Assembly: GCF_003704095.1 (NCBI RefSeq) | Contig: NW_020845647.1 | Coordinates: 496,001-560,000, forward strand | Origin: Pocillopora damicornis | Lineage: Eukaryota | DNA length: 64,000 nt | Direction of reading: 5' to 3' | Part shown: piece after piece, positions 11,301 to 23,528 of the stretch | Layout of the letters: each line of letters opens with the position of its first letter | Position numbering within the stretch: the first letter of the stretch is position 1 | The notes under the pieces: generated by a model | What the model was told of the DNA's origin: nothing | What the model saw: only the letters and a program-made list of their open reading frames with translations | Database searches by the model: none | Made by a program: the position numbers and the translations under genes

Positions 11301-14300
11301 AAGAACAAGAACTTTCTCATGAAGATGTTGTTAAGAATCTCAAGAAGGTGAGTGTAACAATTGTCTTTTACATATTGGCTCATGTTAATATACAGAAGGT
11401 TTTAGATTTTTTTACCACTGGTGTTTGATTATATATTGTGTCAATCACAAACATATTTTGGAAATTTTTACAGGGTCACGATGAACATGTAACAAAACTC
11501 AGGCAGGATTTTGAGAGACAAGTTAAAGGTGAGTGAAGGGAACTAATTAATAACTCTATGATCTATTTTTTTTTGCTGCATCAAAAGCAAGTTTCTCTAA
11601 TGTTCACTAAGAGGAAAAATGATTGCTTCTTCCTATAAAGATTTTCTCCACAGACAATGCTTGTAATAGGTTGTCAAATATTGTTAAAAGGGTAACAGGA
11701 TGAGAGGGTAAAATATTGTTACAAATTTAAGCTGTTTCAATCTCCTTCTTATAGAAATTGAGTCAAAGTATGACAAGAAAATGAAGGCACTTAGAGAGGA
11801 ACTTGAGCTGAGGAGGAAAACTGAAATACATGAAATTGAAGAGGTTTGATCCTTAATGATTAATAAAGATTACTTATTTTCCTTGTGGCATTTTTGCAAA
11901 GACTATAGTTGTACAATGCAAAAACTAGCATCCACTGCAGATGTTTGAGAAGCATGTATGTAGTCTTGAAATTCACTTAAACTGTACTTAAGTCTGTTAT
12001 GGTATGTTTACAATTGGCTGGGTGCCAAAATCACTCAATCTTCCAATAGCCCTTTGGCAATCTAGAAGCATTGCATAGTTGGCAGGAATAAAATTTTGGT
12101 CACTGGGGAAAAAAAAGTTAAAAGATAATTGAGAGAAAATTAAAGAAAAGGCATGAAACAAAAATGGAATTTAACCTTTGCTAAATTAATGTTTATTTTA
12201 CTTTAGTTTATGTACTATGTAATTAGTAAGTTTAAACAAAACATCAAATAATGAGAACATTACAACTTGTCACTTGACCAGCGAACACGTCCACCAGATT
12301 GATTACTTTCCATGCAAATTCAGTCACCAACTTTTTTTGCACTCACTGTGGCAACCAAAAAGCTTGAGTGGTTTATAAGAAGTATCCTATATGCCTATAG
12401 ACTGATGCTAATAATTGATTTATCTTGTTTGTCCTTGTTTGTAATAATTATACTGTTATATTGCTTTTAGTGCACAAGTGCCTTAATGGCTTGGCACCAA
12501 CTTTTCTATCTGAGCTTTTACACTACCATAATAGTCCACATTTACTTCATTCTAGTTCTCAGAATCTTTTAGCTGTGCCTAGATCCAGGTTAAAGACATA
12601 TGGTGATGGAGCTTTTTCTGTTGACCAGTTCAAGATGCAGTTGAAGACATACTTATTTAAATTGGCTTATGATGTCTAGTTTTTAGTAGTGTTGTTTACT
12701 TAATTTCATTATTATAATAGCTATTGGCTTTTGTATTTATAGTTTAACCATTGTTGTACAATGCTTTGAGCAAGTATCAGACACAGTGCTCTAAAAGTGT
12801 TTTATTATTATATCAGCATGTGCCATAAATTGATATTTTTCTTTTTAGCGCAAGAATGGTCAAATCAACACCTTGATGAAGAATCATGAGAAAGCTTTCA
12901 GTGACATCAAGAATTACTACAATGACATAACACTTAATAATCTGGCTCTTATAAATTCCCTCAAGGTAATTTATGAAGCACATATTTTTAGCAGTTACAG
13001 GAAATGTTCATAAGAAAACAAGCTTTGTAATTGGCCAAAACAGCACCAAATTCCATATGGTAAGGAAGGAGGTTGAACTTAAATTATACCAAAACCTCAT
13101 GAAAGGCAACTGACCAAATATTACCTTCCAATAATTTCAAGTAGTACAGTCATAAGGCAATGCCATCAAACTTTCAAATTTAAAATTACCAGGGGGACTT
13201 ACCAGTGTGGTAACTGTCCTTTTCCCACAAAATGATAGAGTGTGACAAGTAAGTAGAAAATCCAGTCAGCTCATCAGTTCTTGTTTATTATTTTTACTAG
13301 GAACAAGTTGAGGAGATGAAAAAGAAGGAAGAGAGAATGGAGAAACAAATGAATGAAATTATGGCAGAGAATAAGAGATTAACAGAACCATTACAGAAAG
13401 CCAGAGAGGAGGTGGAAGAACTTAGAAAACAGGTGAAACTAAGCAACAAATATTATGACCAAAGTATTATAATAGTTTTTCTCAACTTTCAACTTTGTTC
13501 AAGCAGCATCATTATAGATTATTTTTAATTAGTGACAGCTAGAAGAAAAGTCTGAGTTACAGTTGAATAACTAGAAAACAGATGCTGTAGTAACTTTTAA
13601 CACAGCAGTATTGAGGGTGCATTTACATTAGAACTTACAATGTGCAACAAGATTACTTCAGATACAACATTCACTTTGCCACTTTTAAGATAGTTTTAAG
13701 AAGACTGTTTAAAAAGTGCTAAAGATGTCTACAATACCCTTTCTCTATATTCAATGAAAGATGATCTCAGTGAAAATAGAACCACATTGTACAGAGGGGG
13801 AAGGGGTGCAGTTAAGGGCATTACAACAAAAATTTAGTGGCAGTGACAGCTATTTTGTGGCAGATTGTATTGTGGTAAATGACCATTAGTGGTAAAGTAT
13901 TTTGGATAGCAAAATCTGAAGGTCTCATGTTGAATTCCTTGTCAGGGGAGTCGGACTTTTTTCTGCCCCATGTTGTCAAGGGGGTGCAGTGGAGGGCATT
14001 CAGAACAAACCTTTCCAAAGCAGTGAGAACTATATTAATCACAGTTGGCTCCAATTTTACTAGTCATTTTGAGACAAATCTACATGGGTCTACAAATAAT
14101 AGTTATGGTATTTATTAAACAAAAATAATTAGTATTATATTAATAATTTCTTATTTCCTTTTTCTGTAGCTTGCAAACTATGAAAAAGACAAAGCGTCAT
14201 TGGCTGTAAGTATTACTATCATACAAGGAAGGTTTTGCACATCATATGTAGAAAACGATCTATCAGCAGTGACGTAAGAGCAGTCCATACCATTGGTCAG

Positions 14301-16897
14301 ATTGTAACGTATTTAACCTTCACTTAATTGCTGTAGATGTTAATGTTTTCATAAGCATTTGTTGTCTCTTCCCTTTTGTTGAATGTGAACTCAATATTGC
14401 ATGTAAAGAATAATTTACAGCGTAAGGAGAAGGATTGAAGGAAAATAAAAGTGGATGTAGCTTTTCAACCCTTCAAAATTTGTGTAAATTTCGTGGCTTC
14501 CACTAATCTTCATTTGTCGATGTTTTGCACATCGTAGCGCTTAATAAAAATAGGGGTTTAGAATTTTGCAGCTGTTCTTGAAAGAGCTTGGGTTTCTTTA
14601 GTGCAAGATATCTAAGTTGTAAGATGCACGCTAGGGCATAACTTGTTTTCAAAAAAAAGGTTGACGATAAGAGATAATTCTATTTATATATCTTCAATTT
14701 TGTAGAGTGCTAAGGCACGGCTTAAAGTTCAAGAAGAAGAACTAAGGAGTTTACATTGGGAACACGAAGTTCTCCAACAGCGCTTTAGTCAGGTTTGAGA
14801 TCTCATGAATTTAGAATATACGCATTCTTCTCAGAAATGACGACTACAACCCCATCGATAGATGCCAAAATTAGAGTCTTCTTTTGGAAGGAGGAGAGTA
14901 GAGTTTCAAAATACGTGGAAATCTTGGATGGGTTTATTCCCGCTGATGAATTAATGTCGGTTTAACAAAATAAAAATATTCTACATTCAAGACGCCCAAA
15001 GCTTGAGAGGTCCAAAAATTTTTTTCGAAAATGTGATACTCAAAATAATTAACCGGTGCACCAATTAAAAGTACGAGGCCACCTACAAATATGATGAGCT
15101 TGTGAAAAAGAGAGCTGCCTGTCCACGTGCATTTTTGTGCATTTAAAATATGGAAAAGTTTAGAATGTTTCTTCTGTCGTTTAGTCAGTGTAATTAAAAT
15201 GTTCGCAGTGCTTAAACATGATCTGTTTTTGTTTTTTTTCTATGATATAGACACAAAGTGAACGTGACGAGTTGTATGGCAAATTTGTCAAAGCTATACA
15301 TGAGGTTCAACAGAAGAGCAACTTTAAAAACTTGCTTCTTGAGAAGAAACTGACTGCTCTGGCTGATACACTGGAGAAGAAGGTACGCGCAAAAAACATC
15401 AGTGACAAGACATAGTGTATTTGTAGTTTGTTGTCTTCCTTCTAGGAAAACAAAGATCTATAATTGTTTACACCGCTGTCACATTTGTGACTTTTTCTGA
15501 TAGGTGAAAATTTTTCCTGATCACTGCACATCGGTAGAAAGGCACTGGTGGTTTTACTCTCCCTTTGATTTGTTCTTGTCGTTCCCCCGTTTTTATGAAA
15601 CAAATAAAATGATTGTAGTTGAAGTATTTCGAGTCATTTTTGTGACTGAAGATAAAAACTACTGTCGACTTAGACAAGACAACAAAATATTATTTTGGTT
15701 GAGGTGGAAAAAACTTTAAGGGTGCAATAATAAATCCAAAAGGACGGTTTAAACTGCGAACAAAGGACGAACTTAGACAAATATTGGAATTTTAATAATC
15801 CACAGACAGTGTAGTTGGTCCTTGAAAGCTAAGGAGTTATTCCTTGTGTTTCGATGAGTTCATAAAAGTACACCTCTCGTCACATTAATTGTGGTCTACC
15901 CAGCTTACTTTACGAGTTTTTTCACAGGAAGCGCAGCTGAACGAAGTGTTGTCAGCATCCAATTTGGATCCTACTGCTTTAACAGTTGTAACCAGAAAAC
16001 TTGAGGTGAGATTTCCATCAGTCCTCCACCAGCTCCATTAACATCTTATCAAGGTGGTTTGTCCAAGTCCTCCTCCATTGTCTAAAACAAGCTTGCTGCT
16101 CGTGCTGGTGAAATTTTCTTGCCATCTCTACAGAAAATTGTTGGCCTGATTTTTGATAAGTCGTTTGTCTTTTTCTTATTACTTGTTTGCCCTGTTTAAG
16201 AACTTTTTTCGCCTTGTTTTCTTTCAGGATGTTTTAGACTCGAAGAACAGTGCTATCAAAGACTTACAGTACGAATTGGCACGTGTTTGCAAGGTAAAGA
16301 ACATGACTTGTTTAATTTGTTACATAGTTACCTGTAGAACCTTTTTAGCATAGTGCCTCGAAAAGATCAGAGTTGTGTATCTTAAGTACTTACAAAGCCG
16401 CCCTCCTAGAGGAATCAGCGGGTGTCTCGAAGATCTTCTCTCGAAAATCTTTGGTGCCAGGCTCTTCAAAGCTTTCATAAAGCATAGTTCTACAGGTCGC
16501 CTTAAGACAAAAGTTGGTCGCCTGTGGCACCCCAGCCCTGTTAGAGCAGAGCCCTGAAGTCTTAAGCCAAAAGAGGGTTACATGATACATGTTGTCCAGA
16601 ATGGCAAACGGTATCAGGTTTCCTCCTCTCCCTTCCCGGCCACCCTTAACTGGCCGAGAGATCTTATTCGCAGGCTCTTATTTCCCTTGTAGGTGTGATT
16701 GTTATATAAAACTGGAGATTTAATTGAGAATTTTGGTTTTATTTCAGGCTCATAATGATCTCATCCGAACTTACGAAGCAAAGCTCCAGTCGTTCGGAGT
16801 ACCGACCGAAGAACTCGGGTTCAAGCCCCTCGAGAGCAACGTTGGAGGACAACAACTCGGCCGAGGCCCCGCGGGTCTGGTTGCTGCACCAACTTAA
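8344..16897 (+). CDS. GAS8: Dynein regulatory complex subunit 4 / growth arrest-specific 8, 14 exons, 485 aa
   Basis: Exons: 8344-8346 (ATG only, then GTAGGT), 9716-10091, 10662-10741, 11291-11347, 11474-11528, 11755-11843, 12849-12965, 13301-13432, 14170-14205, 14706-14792, 15251-15382, 15928-16005, 16228-16293, 16748-16897. MPPKKK...[17 protein letters not shown]...[19 protein letters not shown]...[17 protein letters not shown]...[15 protein letters not shown] match GAS8. Confidence 0.96.
8860..9065 (+). mobile_element. Degenerate tRNA-derived SINE-like element in GAS8 intron 1
   Basis: A-box-like TAGTTCATTTGGTAGA and B-box-like GGTTCAAATCC, followed by an AGGCCTG...CAGGCCT hairpin; no full cloverleaf. 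Confidence 0.55.
10225..10390 (+). mobile_element. Penelope-like repeat fragment with decayed minimal hammerhead motif
   Basis: TTGATGA-TGAC...GTC-GAAACCTCAGT has the CUGAUGA/stem II/GAAAC-GUC layout with two core substitutions. Confidence 0.5.
10883..11054. mobile_element. TTAA-bounded MITE (piggyBac-like non-autonomous family)
   Basis: TTAACCC...GGTTTAA ends; the interior is the reverse complement of the copies at 34042 and 41137 (ACAAGGAGAATTTGTT core). Confidence 0.65.
12455..12812 (+). mobile_element. 3' fragment of an L2/CR1-type LINE in GAS8 intron 6
   Basis: [21 protein letters not shown]...[18 protein letters not shown]...[10 protein letters not shown] is the typical ORF2 C-terminus, followed by a 3' UTR ending in TTATTATTA. 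Confidence 0.75.
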
Positions 16898-19694
16898 GCT
16901 GAAAGAGCGTTATTCTTCGATTTCGTTCATTTTAATTTCTAAGGGACCATTTTATATTAGTTCTGACACATTTATAACAATTTGTAAATAGAATTCTTGC
17001 TACATATGTAGTTTTTTTTAGAAAACTGTCTAATTTATTTGCATTTTTATCTTGTGCAATTCCGTCCAGGACATTTTGCATAGAAAAACTCATTTTTACG
17101 TTTTCTGGTTTTCTCACTTAAGCTCTTTGATGTACATTTTATATGTTTCTGAAAAATACAGTCAAAGCAGTTTTCAACTAATCTTGATCTAATTAGCATG
17201 TTGTTTTGTTGGGAATTTGGTGTATTTTTCCATGTATAAAATATACTGTTATCCATTCATCCAAGCGACTGAAACGTCAGTTGAGAAAGATTCTCATTCT
17301 AAGTGTATTCCTGTATCAATGACTTGAATTGTGTGTTCTGTGAAAATTATAGCGAAAATTGTCAACTTGGAAGAAATTCTAATTAAAAATATTGATTATT
17401 CTACACTTTCGTTTTCACTAACATCATTAGCGATGGTCGTTTGCCATGCAGTGTTTGTGTTGTGGCGCCAGTTTGTCTGTGCTATTGAAAACGCCCTGTG
17501 CGCTTTAAAATTCAGCTATAGTTCTCTTTTCGTATTCACCATTTGTCGAAATTTTAAGTTCGTGTGCATCTTTTTTTTTATCATAATTGATATAAACTGA
17601 AGAAAGTATTTCTATATTTCAAACTGTTGTTTACGCCAACAAAAGCAGCGAGACCCTATATTGGGCCATTTTGTGGGCTTATTGTTTACCCTGCAAGTAC
17701 TTAACAACTTATTTTAATAATGATGCAATATATCAGTGTTTATATTGGCTGTACACGAAAGCCTTACCGAACCTGCTCCTTTCCTTAAGGTATATACAAA
17801 AACCCCGTGCTGAAATTCCCAGAAAATATATTTTTTTGTACAACCTTCGAGGCAAAGAAATCAAAATGTGTCATGCAGAGACAATCTTGGACTCGCAGCA
17901 AACATTGATATTTATAATATTTGAATTTGAATATTAAAATAAAGTGCTGGCGTTGAGTAGCCCTGTAAGATCGTTCCCGCCACGAAAAAAGAAAAGTAAA
18001 GAAAAACTTCAGTACGCCCCGTTAGAGAAAAGAAGGGTAAAACCATTCTATTTAGATAGACACGCTTGTAAAACTTGCACAGAAAAACCTGGTTTGACTG
18101 AGTCGAGCGGAATGTGAACAAGTGGTTCTTCCATGAGCCGATTAATATTCTGGAAAAAAAAGTGATAGCTCTGACAGACTTTAGTGAAGACAATAGGTGG
18201 CTGTTGTCACCTTTTTTCCTTGAATTAAAGGAAAGTTATTTTGGGATGTTACACAACTGTTCCTCTCAAGTGGTTCTAAAAAAGGTTTCATTTTCGGGTT
18301 TTTAAATAGGAGCTTGAGTCACCATCTATATGAAAGAAACAATCGAAAGACCTCAAAAATCAGATGAAGATGTTATGACTTTCCAGCCATGTGAATATTG
18401 CTTATAATGCATGACTCATTCGGCGTGCCAAACATAATAGACGGCAGTAACTATCGTTTTCCTTCAGACAAATGAGGTTTGAAATGAATTATGAAGTAAA
18501 TGAGGGACAAACAACATGAAATGAATTTGTTTGGATAATGTTTATCGATAATTTTCACAAATTTAACCGCCTGTTAGATCCGCAATATGTATACTTCCGT
18601 TGTGGAAAATTTCTCGTATTTCAGTATCTTTTTCCTATTCAATTTCTCAATAACCTTCAAGGCTTTATTTCCTCACAACGCAGGCATAGTCGGTAAGATT
18701 TGGTTTTCTGATTCAGCTATGCTGCTAAGTTACAAAATCGCCGTCAGCATCAAAGAAAAAGCTGCATCCTTTTTCATGGCGCTGCCAGTGTAAATACTTA
18801 ATAACTTTTGTTCTAAGAAGCAACAACTACTCTGATGATTGATTCTTCCACTCCCCCCCCCTTGCTTAGTCCTGAAGAAGATAAGTTATGCTCTTATCCT
18901 TGGAAGACTTAAAGGTGATAAGATAAATCAAAGTGTCTAAACTGGCTGCTTTTGAACGAAATTGGAATTAGTTCGACAGGTAAAGTCCACACTTCGTTTA
19001 GTTCTTTGTTTTGCTAATCCGTAATTATTCAAACGTGAGCTAGTTTAATAATCACGTGCAAAGTCCGTGGCGCGGCACCAAAGCCGGCAGCACACGGGTT
19101 TTCCACGGACCTTTCACGCAAAGTCCAGACTTTATTTTATACGTAAAAACCTTTTTTATCCTGTCCATGAGAATCGCCGGTGAAGCTCAGGTGTATCTGT
19201 TGCCTTACTTGTAAAAAGATGTTGTTAGTAGAACAGCTCATTCGGAGAAGAAAAAAAAATAAAGGTTCTGCAAACAAATCGAGCTGTTGCGTCTGAAAAT
19301 TTTCGAATCCTCTTCGCATCGTTCTCGCACAGGAATCTACAGAAAAATTATTCTACCTTGGAAGCTTAAAATATGTGTCAATAATAATGGAAATGAATGA
19401 TTTTTAGTTTTACTTCTTATTGGTAATGTTTTTTTCCACCGATTTGAATTTTGTTCGCAGATTTTTGAAATTCACATCCGGTTATTTTCTCGGTCAAGTA
19501 ACAACGCAACACTGCCCTATTGATGACGTTTCGAGTGCGAACAATGAGCTGAAAAGCCAGCTGAAAAGCAAGACAAGCGATCTAGATAAGACAATCGGGA
19601 GAAAGTGAAATATCATGAGGGCAGCAAAAAAATTGCTTGTGCAATAAATTTTAAATTTAGACCTTGGAGTTCATAATTTTCCGCCAGAAGGGCA

Positions 19695-19784
19695 GGGAAA
19701 CCCCAGATGGTTTCCTGTATTGCGCTGATTGGTTGAAGATTTAAACATACTAATCTGATTGGTTCACTCTTTGCCCTCCACGTG
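19695..19784 (+). promoter_or_regulatory. MYLIP proximal promoter motifs
   Basis: kB-type GGGAAACCCC 19695-19704; two reverse CCAAT boxes (CTGATTGG at 19725 and 19755, 30 bp apart); CACGTG 19779-19784. Confidence 0.5.
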
Positions 19785-19944
19785 AACAGGGAATGACCTT
19801 TTGGTTCGAAGTCCATTTCAAACGAAGTTCGTCAAAAAATTTTTGTGCAGAACAACAAGACCTCCGCGGAAGAACACAGCGCAGTCACTTGTGTATCTTA
19901 TTTCTATGGAAAGGTAGCGGGAAATATCAAAACTTCGACACAGA

Positions 19945-22900
19945 ATGCTCTGTTACGTGTCCCTGCCTGACTTTGTCCTTAAAGAGTTCAAAATTCGAGA
20001 TAAAGCGAGAGGACAAGACCTTTTAGAAGAGGTTCGTTGTTTTGTTCTTCTCTGGGCTCAAAGTCCAGTAATTTGCTTTCAAAGTATATTTTCTGATGTA
20101 ACTTTTTTCCTTCGCGTTAACTCGTCATGATTCCCTTACTTCCCTTCCTTAGGTGTGCAAAAGACTTGGGATAATTGAACTAGACTATTTTGGATTACAG
20201 TTCACAGGCCCAAAGGGCGAAACACTTTGGCTTAACACCAGAAATAGAATTCGACGTCAAATCTCTGGTACACCACCGTATCGCCTACAGTTCCGTGTAA
20301 AATTTTTCGTCCAACCACAATACCTACTTCAAGATTCCACCAGGTACAATCTAAAAATGGTTTACGAGTTTGTAAATCGTGGCAATGGTCTTAATCATGA
20401 TTCTCTTTATTATTTTCCTTTGGCGCTATCTTCAACAGTAGTTTACTTGTCATGTTGAGTTGAACGGTGTCAGCTGTACACTCAAATGTTACCATTTTTT
20501 TCTTTGAAGGCATCAGTATTTTCTCCATTTGAAAAACGATTTGGAAGAAGGGAAAATTATCCCAGATCCGGAAAAAGCGGCAGCGGTGTATGCGTTGATC
20601 GCACAAGCAACCATTGGGGACCATGGCGATTCCTACTCTCCGTGTGATTATTGTCAGGCATCAGAAATTGAATCACAGTGGAGCTCAGAGTTTCGTAGCA
20701 GTGTTTCAGAGGAACATGCTAAGCTCAAAGGCGTTCGATCGGCGGCAGCGAAGCAATTTTTCATCAAAGAACTGTCTCTGATGGAAAATTATGGAATAGA
20801 GTATCATCTTGCAAAGAACGAATCAGGAAATACCCTTCACATCGGTGTTGGAAGCGAGGAGATAAAAATCTTTGATGCCGACTTCAACTTTGTTGAAAGG
20901 TAGGTGTTAAGGCTTATTAACTTTTATCATGAACATTCTGGAGTAAAAAGGACCTCTCAGGCTTACGATGGGATCTTTGGAAACAAACAACAGCCCTAGT
21001 GAATTTAAAGCTTTTATTTCATAGCCAATTAAACCCAACTTGTGCCATTAGAATCTATTTGTTGCTACACTGTATATTCGACCTATTTGTTAACAAAACG
21101 TTTACATGTTTTATCCCGTGGTTTCTATTCTAAATCAAGACATTTCCAATGTATAAAGTAAAATTTGAATTGTTCCTTGGGAATGGTTCGTCAAAAGGCC
21201 TGTTTACGCAGCATGTATGCACGAGAGACAAGAAATACCCTTAAGTCATTTCCTCATATCAAGTAAAGATCTAATTTCTTTCGGATATGTAATATGTAAA
21301 CCACAACACGTCTTCATTTGTTTAATATTTTGAGTTTTGTACCTCGATAATCAGTCCCTGCCACTCGTGAAATGATTCTTACTCGAAAGCAATATGTCTG
21401 CCTCAACCTCGACCGTCCATACACCTAAGGTCTCTCTGATTTGTAGAAGAACTGCGAACACTTTTTCAATATGGTACGACTAAGTTTTCAGGAACAAACC
21501 CTATCTATAAGCTACTAATGTGCTATTTCGTGAGTCCTTTAAGGTGAAAGTTCATTCTTATAACAAAGTACATGATGTTTATTGATTAAGTTCACGCGTG
21601 TTGCTTCGAGGCTTGGGAATTTTTGATCAAGAACACCCAGCAAAAATGAACCACTTGTACAATAAAATATATTTTAGGACAAAAAAGCCACTTTATTCTT
21701 ACTCCATTCGCCTAAATTGCTCTCTACTGTACGAAAAAGTGTTTTGATCCGGAGATTGCAATATTTCATTATAGCGTCCGACGTGACCAGTTTGTTTATT
21801 TAGTATCCAGCCAAATGTCATCACATTTAAAATGAGGGCTTTAGCTGACTTTTTTGTTGTTGTCATAACCTTGTTCTAACAGCATCTTTTTCTTTGTATG
21901 TCCTACAAAGTACATGTAGAAGACATTTATTAGGGCATTAAGATCTATATTTAGGAAAAATTGAGTAAGATTTGCATGCGTAAAATTCAACTGTGACCTT
22001 TCAATAAGTGTGACCTTCATTACTATGAGGCAAAGCATCCCACAATTGCACTAGCTAAGTATTCCTAATTTCCAAGTTTTCATTTAGTTTAAAAGCCTAA
22101 GGGAGAATTATCAAAAGTAGATTGTGACGAAAGTGATATTAAAAAATTTACATAATTTTCATGGCTGCAAGCCAAATTGTAAATTTACGTGGACAAAAGG
22201 GAATATTCTTCTGCCAGTTTTTTGCAAGGGGTTTCCTTGTGTTGCCTCTTTCAGAATGATGGATACTGGCAAACGTAAATATGCACTAAGCACAGCAAAA
22301 CCTCAACATTGACTGTGACAGGATTTCTTTATTTTTGCCTTCTGAACCTCAAGAAGAGAATAACTCTTGGAAAAAGCAGATGATGCATTAAATAAAAAGC
22401 TATTGATTAAAACATTACTTTTTTGTGCTAAATCTGATTACCATGAATTGTGCTTGTATGGGAAGCTGTATTTTCCCCTTGTGAGATGGAAAGAATCATT
22501 GAAATACTGTGAAAGAGCTCTGTTAACCACTTAACAAATGACTAGTGACACTTATCTTGATTTTACAATGTCGATCTTGATTTGAATCCATTTGATTTCT
22601 GCTTTGGTTACTTTGCTTTAGCCCTTCAACTTCCAAGATCTGATTGCTTATTCTCTCCTCTAGCTGCTACACATTTTCTTATAAATTAATTCGGAGAATT
22701 TTTTGTCCGATAAAGACAACAACTTCTACCTGATATCTTAAAGTATTGTTAAAACTGTTAGCTGGATAATGTCTTGATTTAGTAGAGAGGAGTTAATTTT
22801 TTATCACTTTTGGGAACTAAAGAGTTAAGTATCATATTAAATTGGTGTAAAATTTTGTAATGATGTTCCATCTTATTTACATGTTAAATCAGTTATTAAG

Positions 22901-23528
22901 TTTTCAAAATTTTACTTTCAGATTTTTGTACAATGGCCTGAAGATGGCAACTCATGTTAAGAACAATCTTCACCTGAAAATTATAGCTGATGATGGTGAA
23001 TCTTTGTTTACATTTCGACTCACCAGTCAGGAAGCTGCCTGTGCTTTGTACAGATCTATTACAGAGTATCATGCATTTTACCGTTGTGAAACTGTTCGTA
23101 ATGCAGTCACTGATCAATTCACACGAGACTTGAAAGAAACCCTGATCTCTTTCTTTGGAGACGAGGAATCAGAGAAAAAGTACATCTTTGATGTACAAAG
23201 GACTTCTAAGGAAGTGTATGATCATTGTCGGAGAGTTTTGTACAAGCGAGGATGTGATCCAATTCAAAATCCCCCTGCAAAGCGTCAAGTTGAATTCAGA
23301 CCTCAGACTGGTGATGCAAAAGTTGCTCAACTTCAAGAACAGTTGACCAAGATGGAGGACTCACTGAAGTGTAAGATCTGCATGGATGCACAGATTGACA
23401 CTGTGTTTTGTCCATGTGGACACATGGTTTCCTGCAATGTCTGTGCAGCAAATATAGAACTATGTCCCATTTGCAGAGCCCAGATCCAGAATGCTCAGCA
23501 TGTGTTCTTTCCAGTCACAGTGAGCTGA
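19945..23528 (+). CDS. MYLIP: E3 ubiquitin ligase MYLIP/IDOL (Dnr1-like), FERM + RING, 4 exons, 424 aa
   Basis: Exons 19945-20031, 20153-20343, 20510-20899, 22922-23528. MLCYVSLPD...[17 protein letters not shown]...WLNTRNRI...FRVKFFV (FERM), [17 protein letters not shown], and a C-terminal C3HC4 RING CKICMD...FCPCGH.V.C..CA.....CPICR. AATAAA near 25079. Confidence 0.95.
22618..22828. mobile_element. TTAA-type MITE, degenerate, in MYLIP intron 3
   Basis: TTAGCCCTTCAACTTCCAAGATC...TGGGAACTAAAGAGTTAA ends, related to the 51970 copy. Confidence 0.55.
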
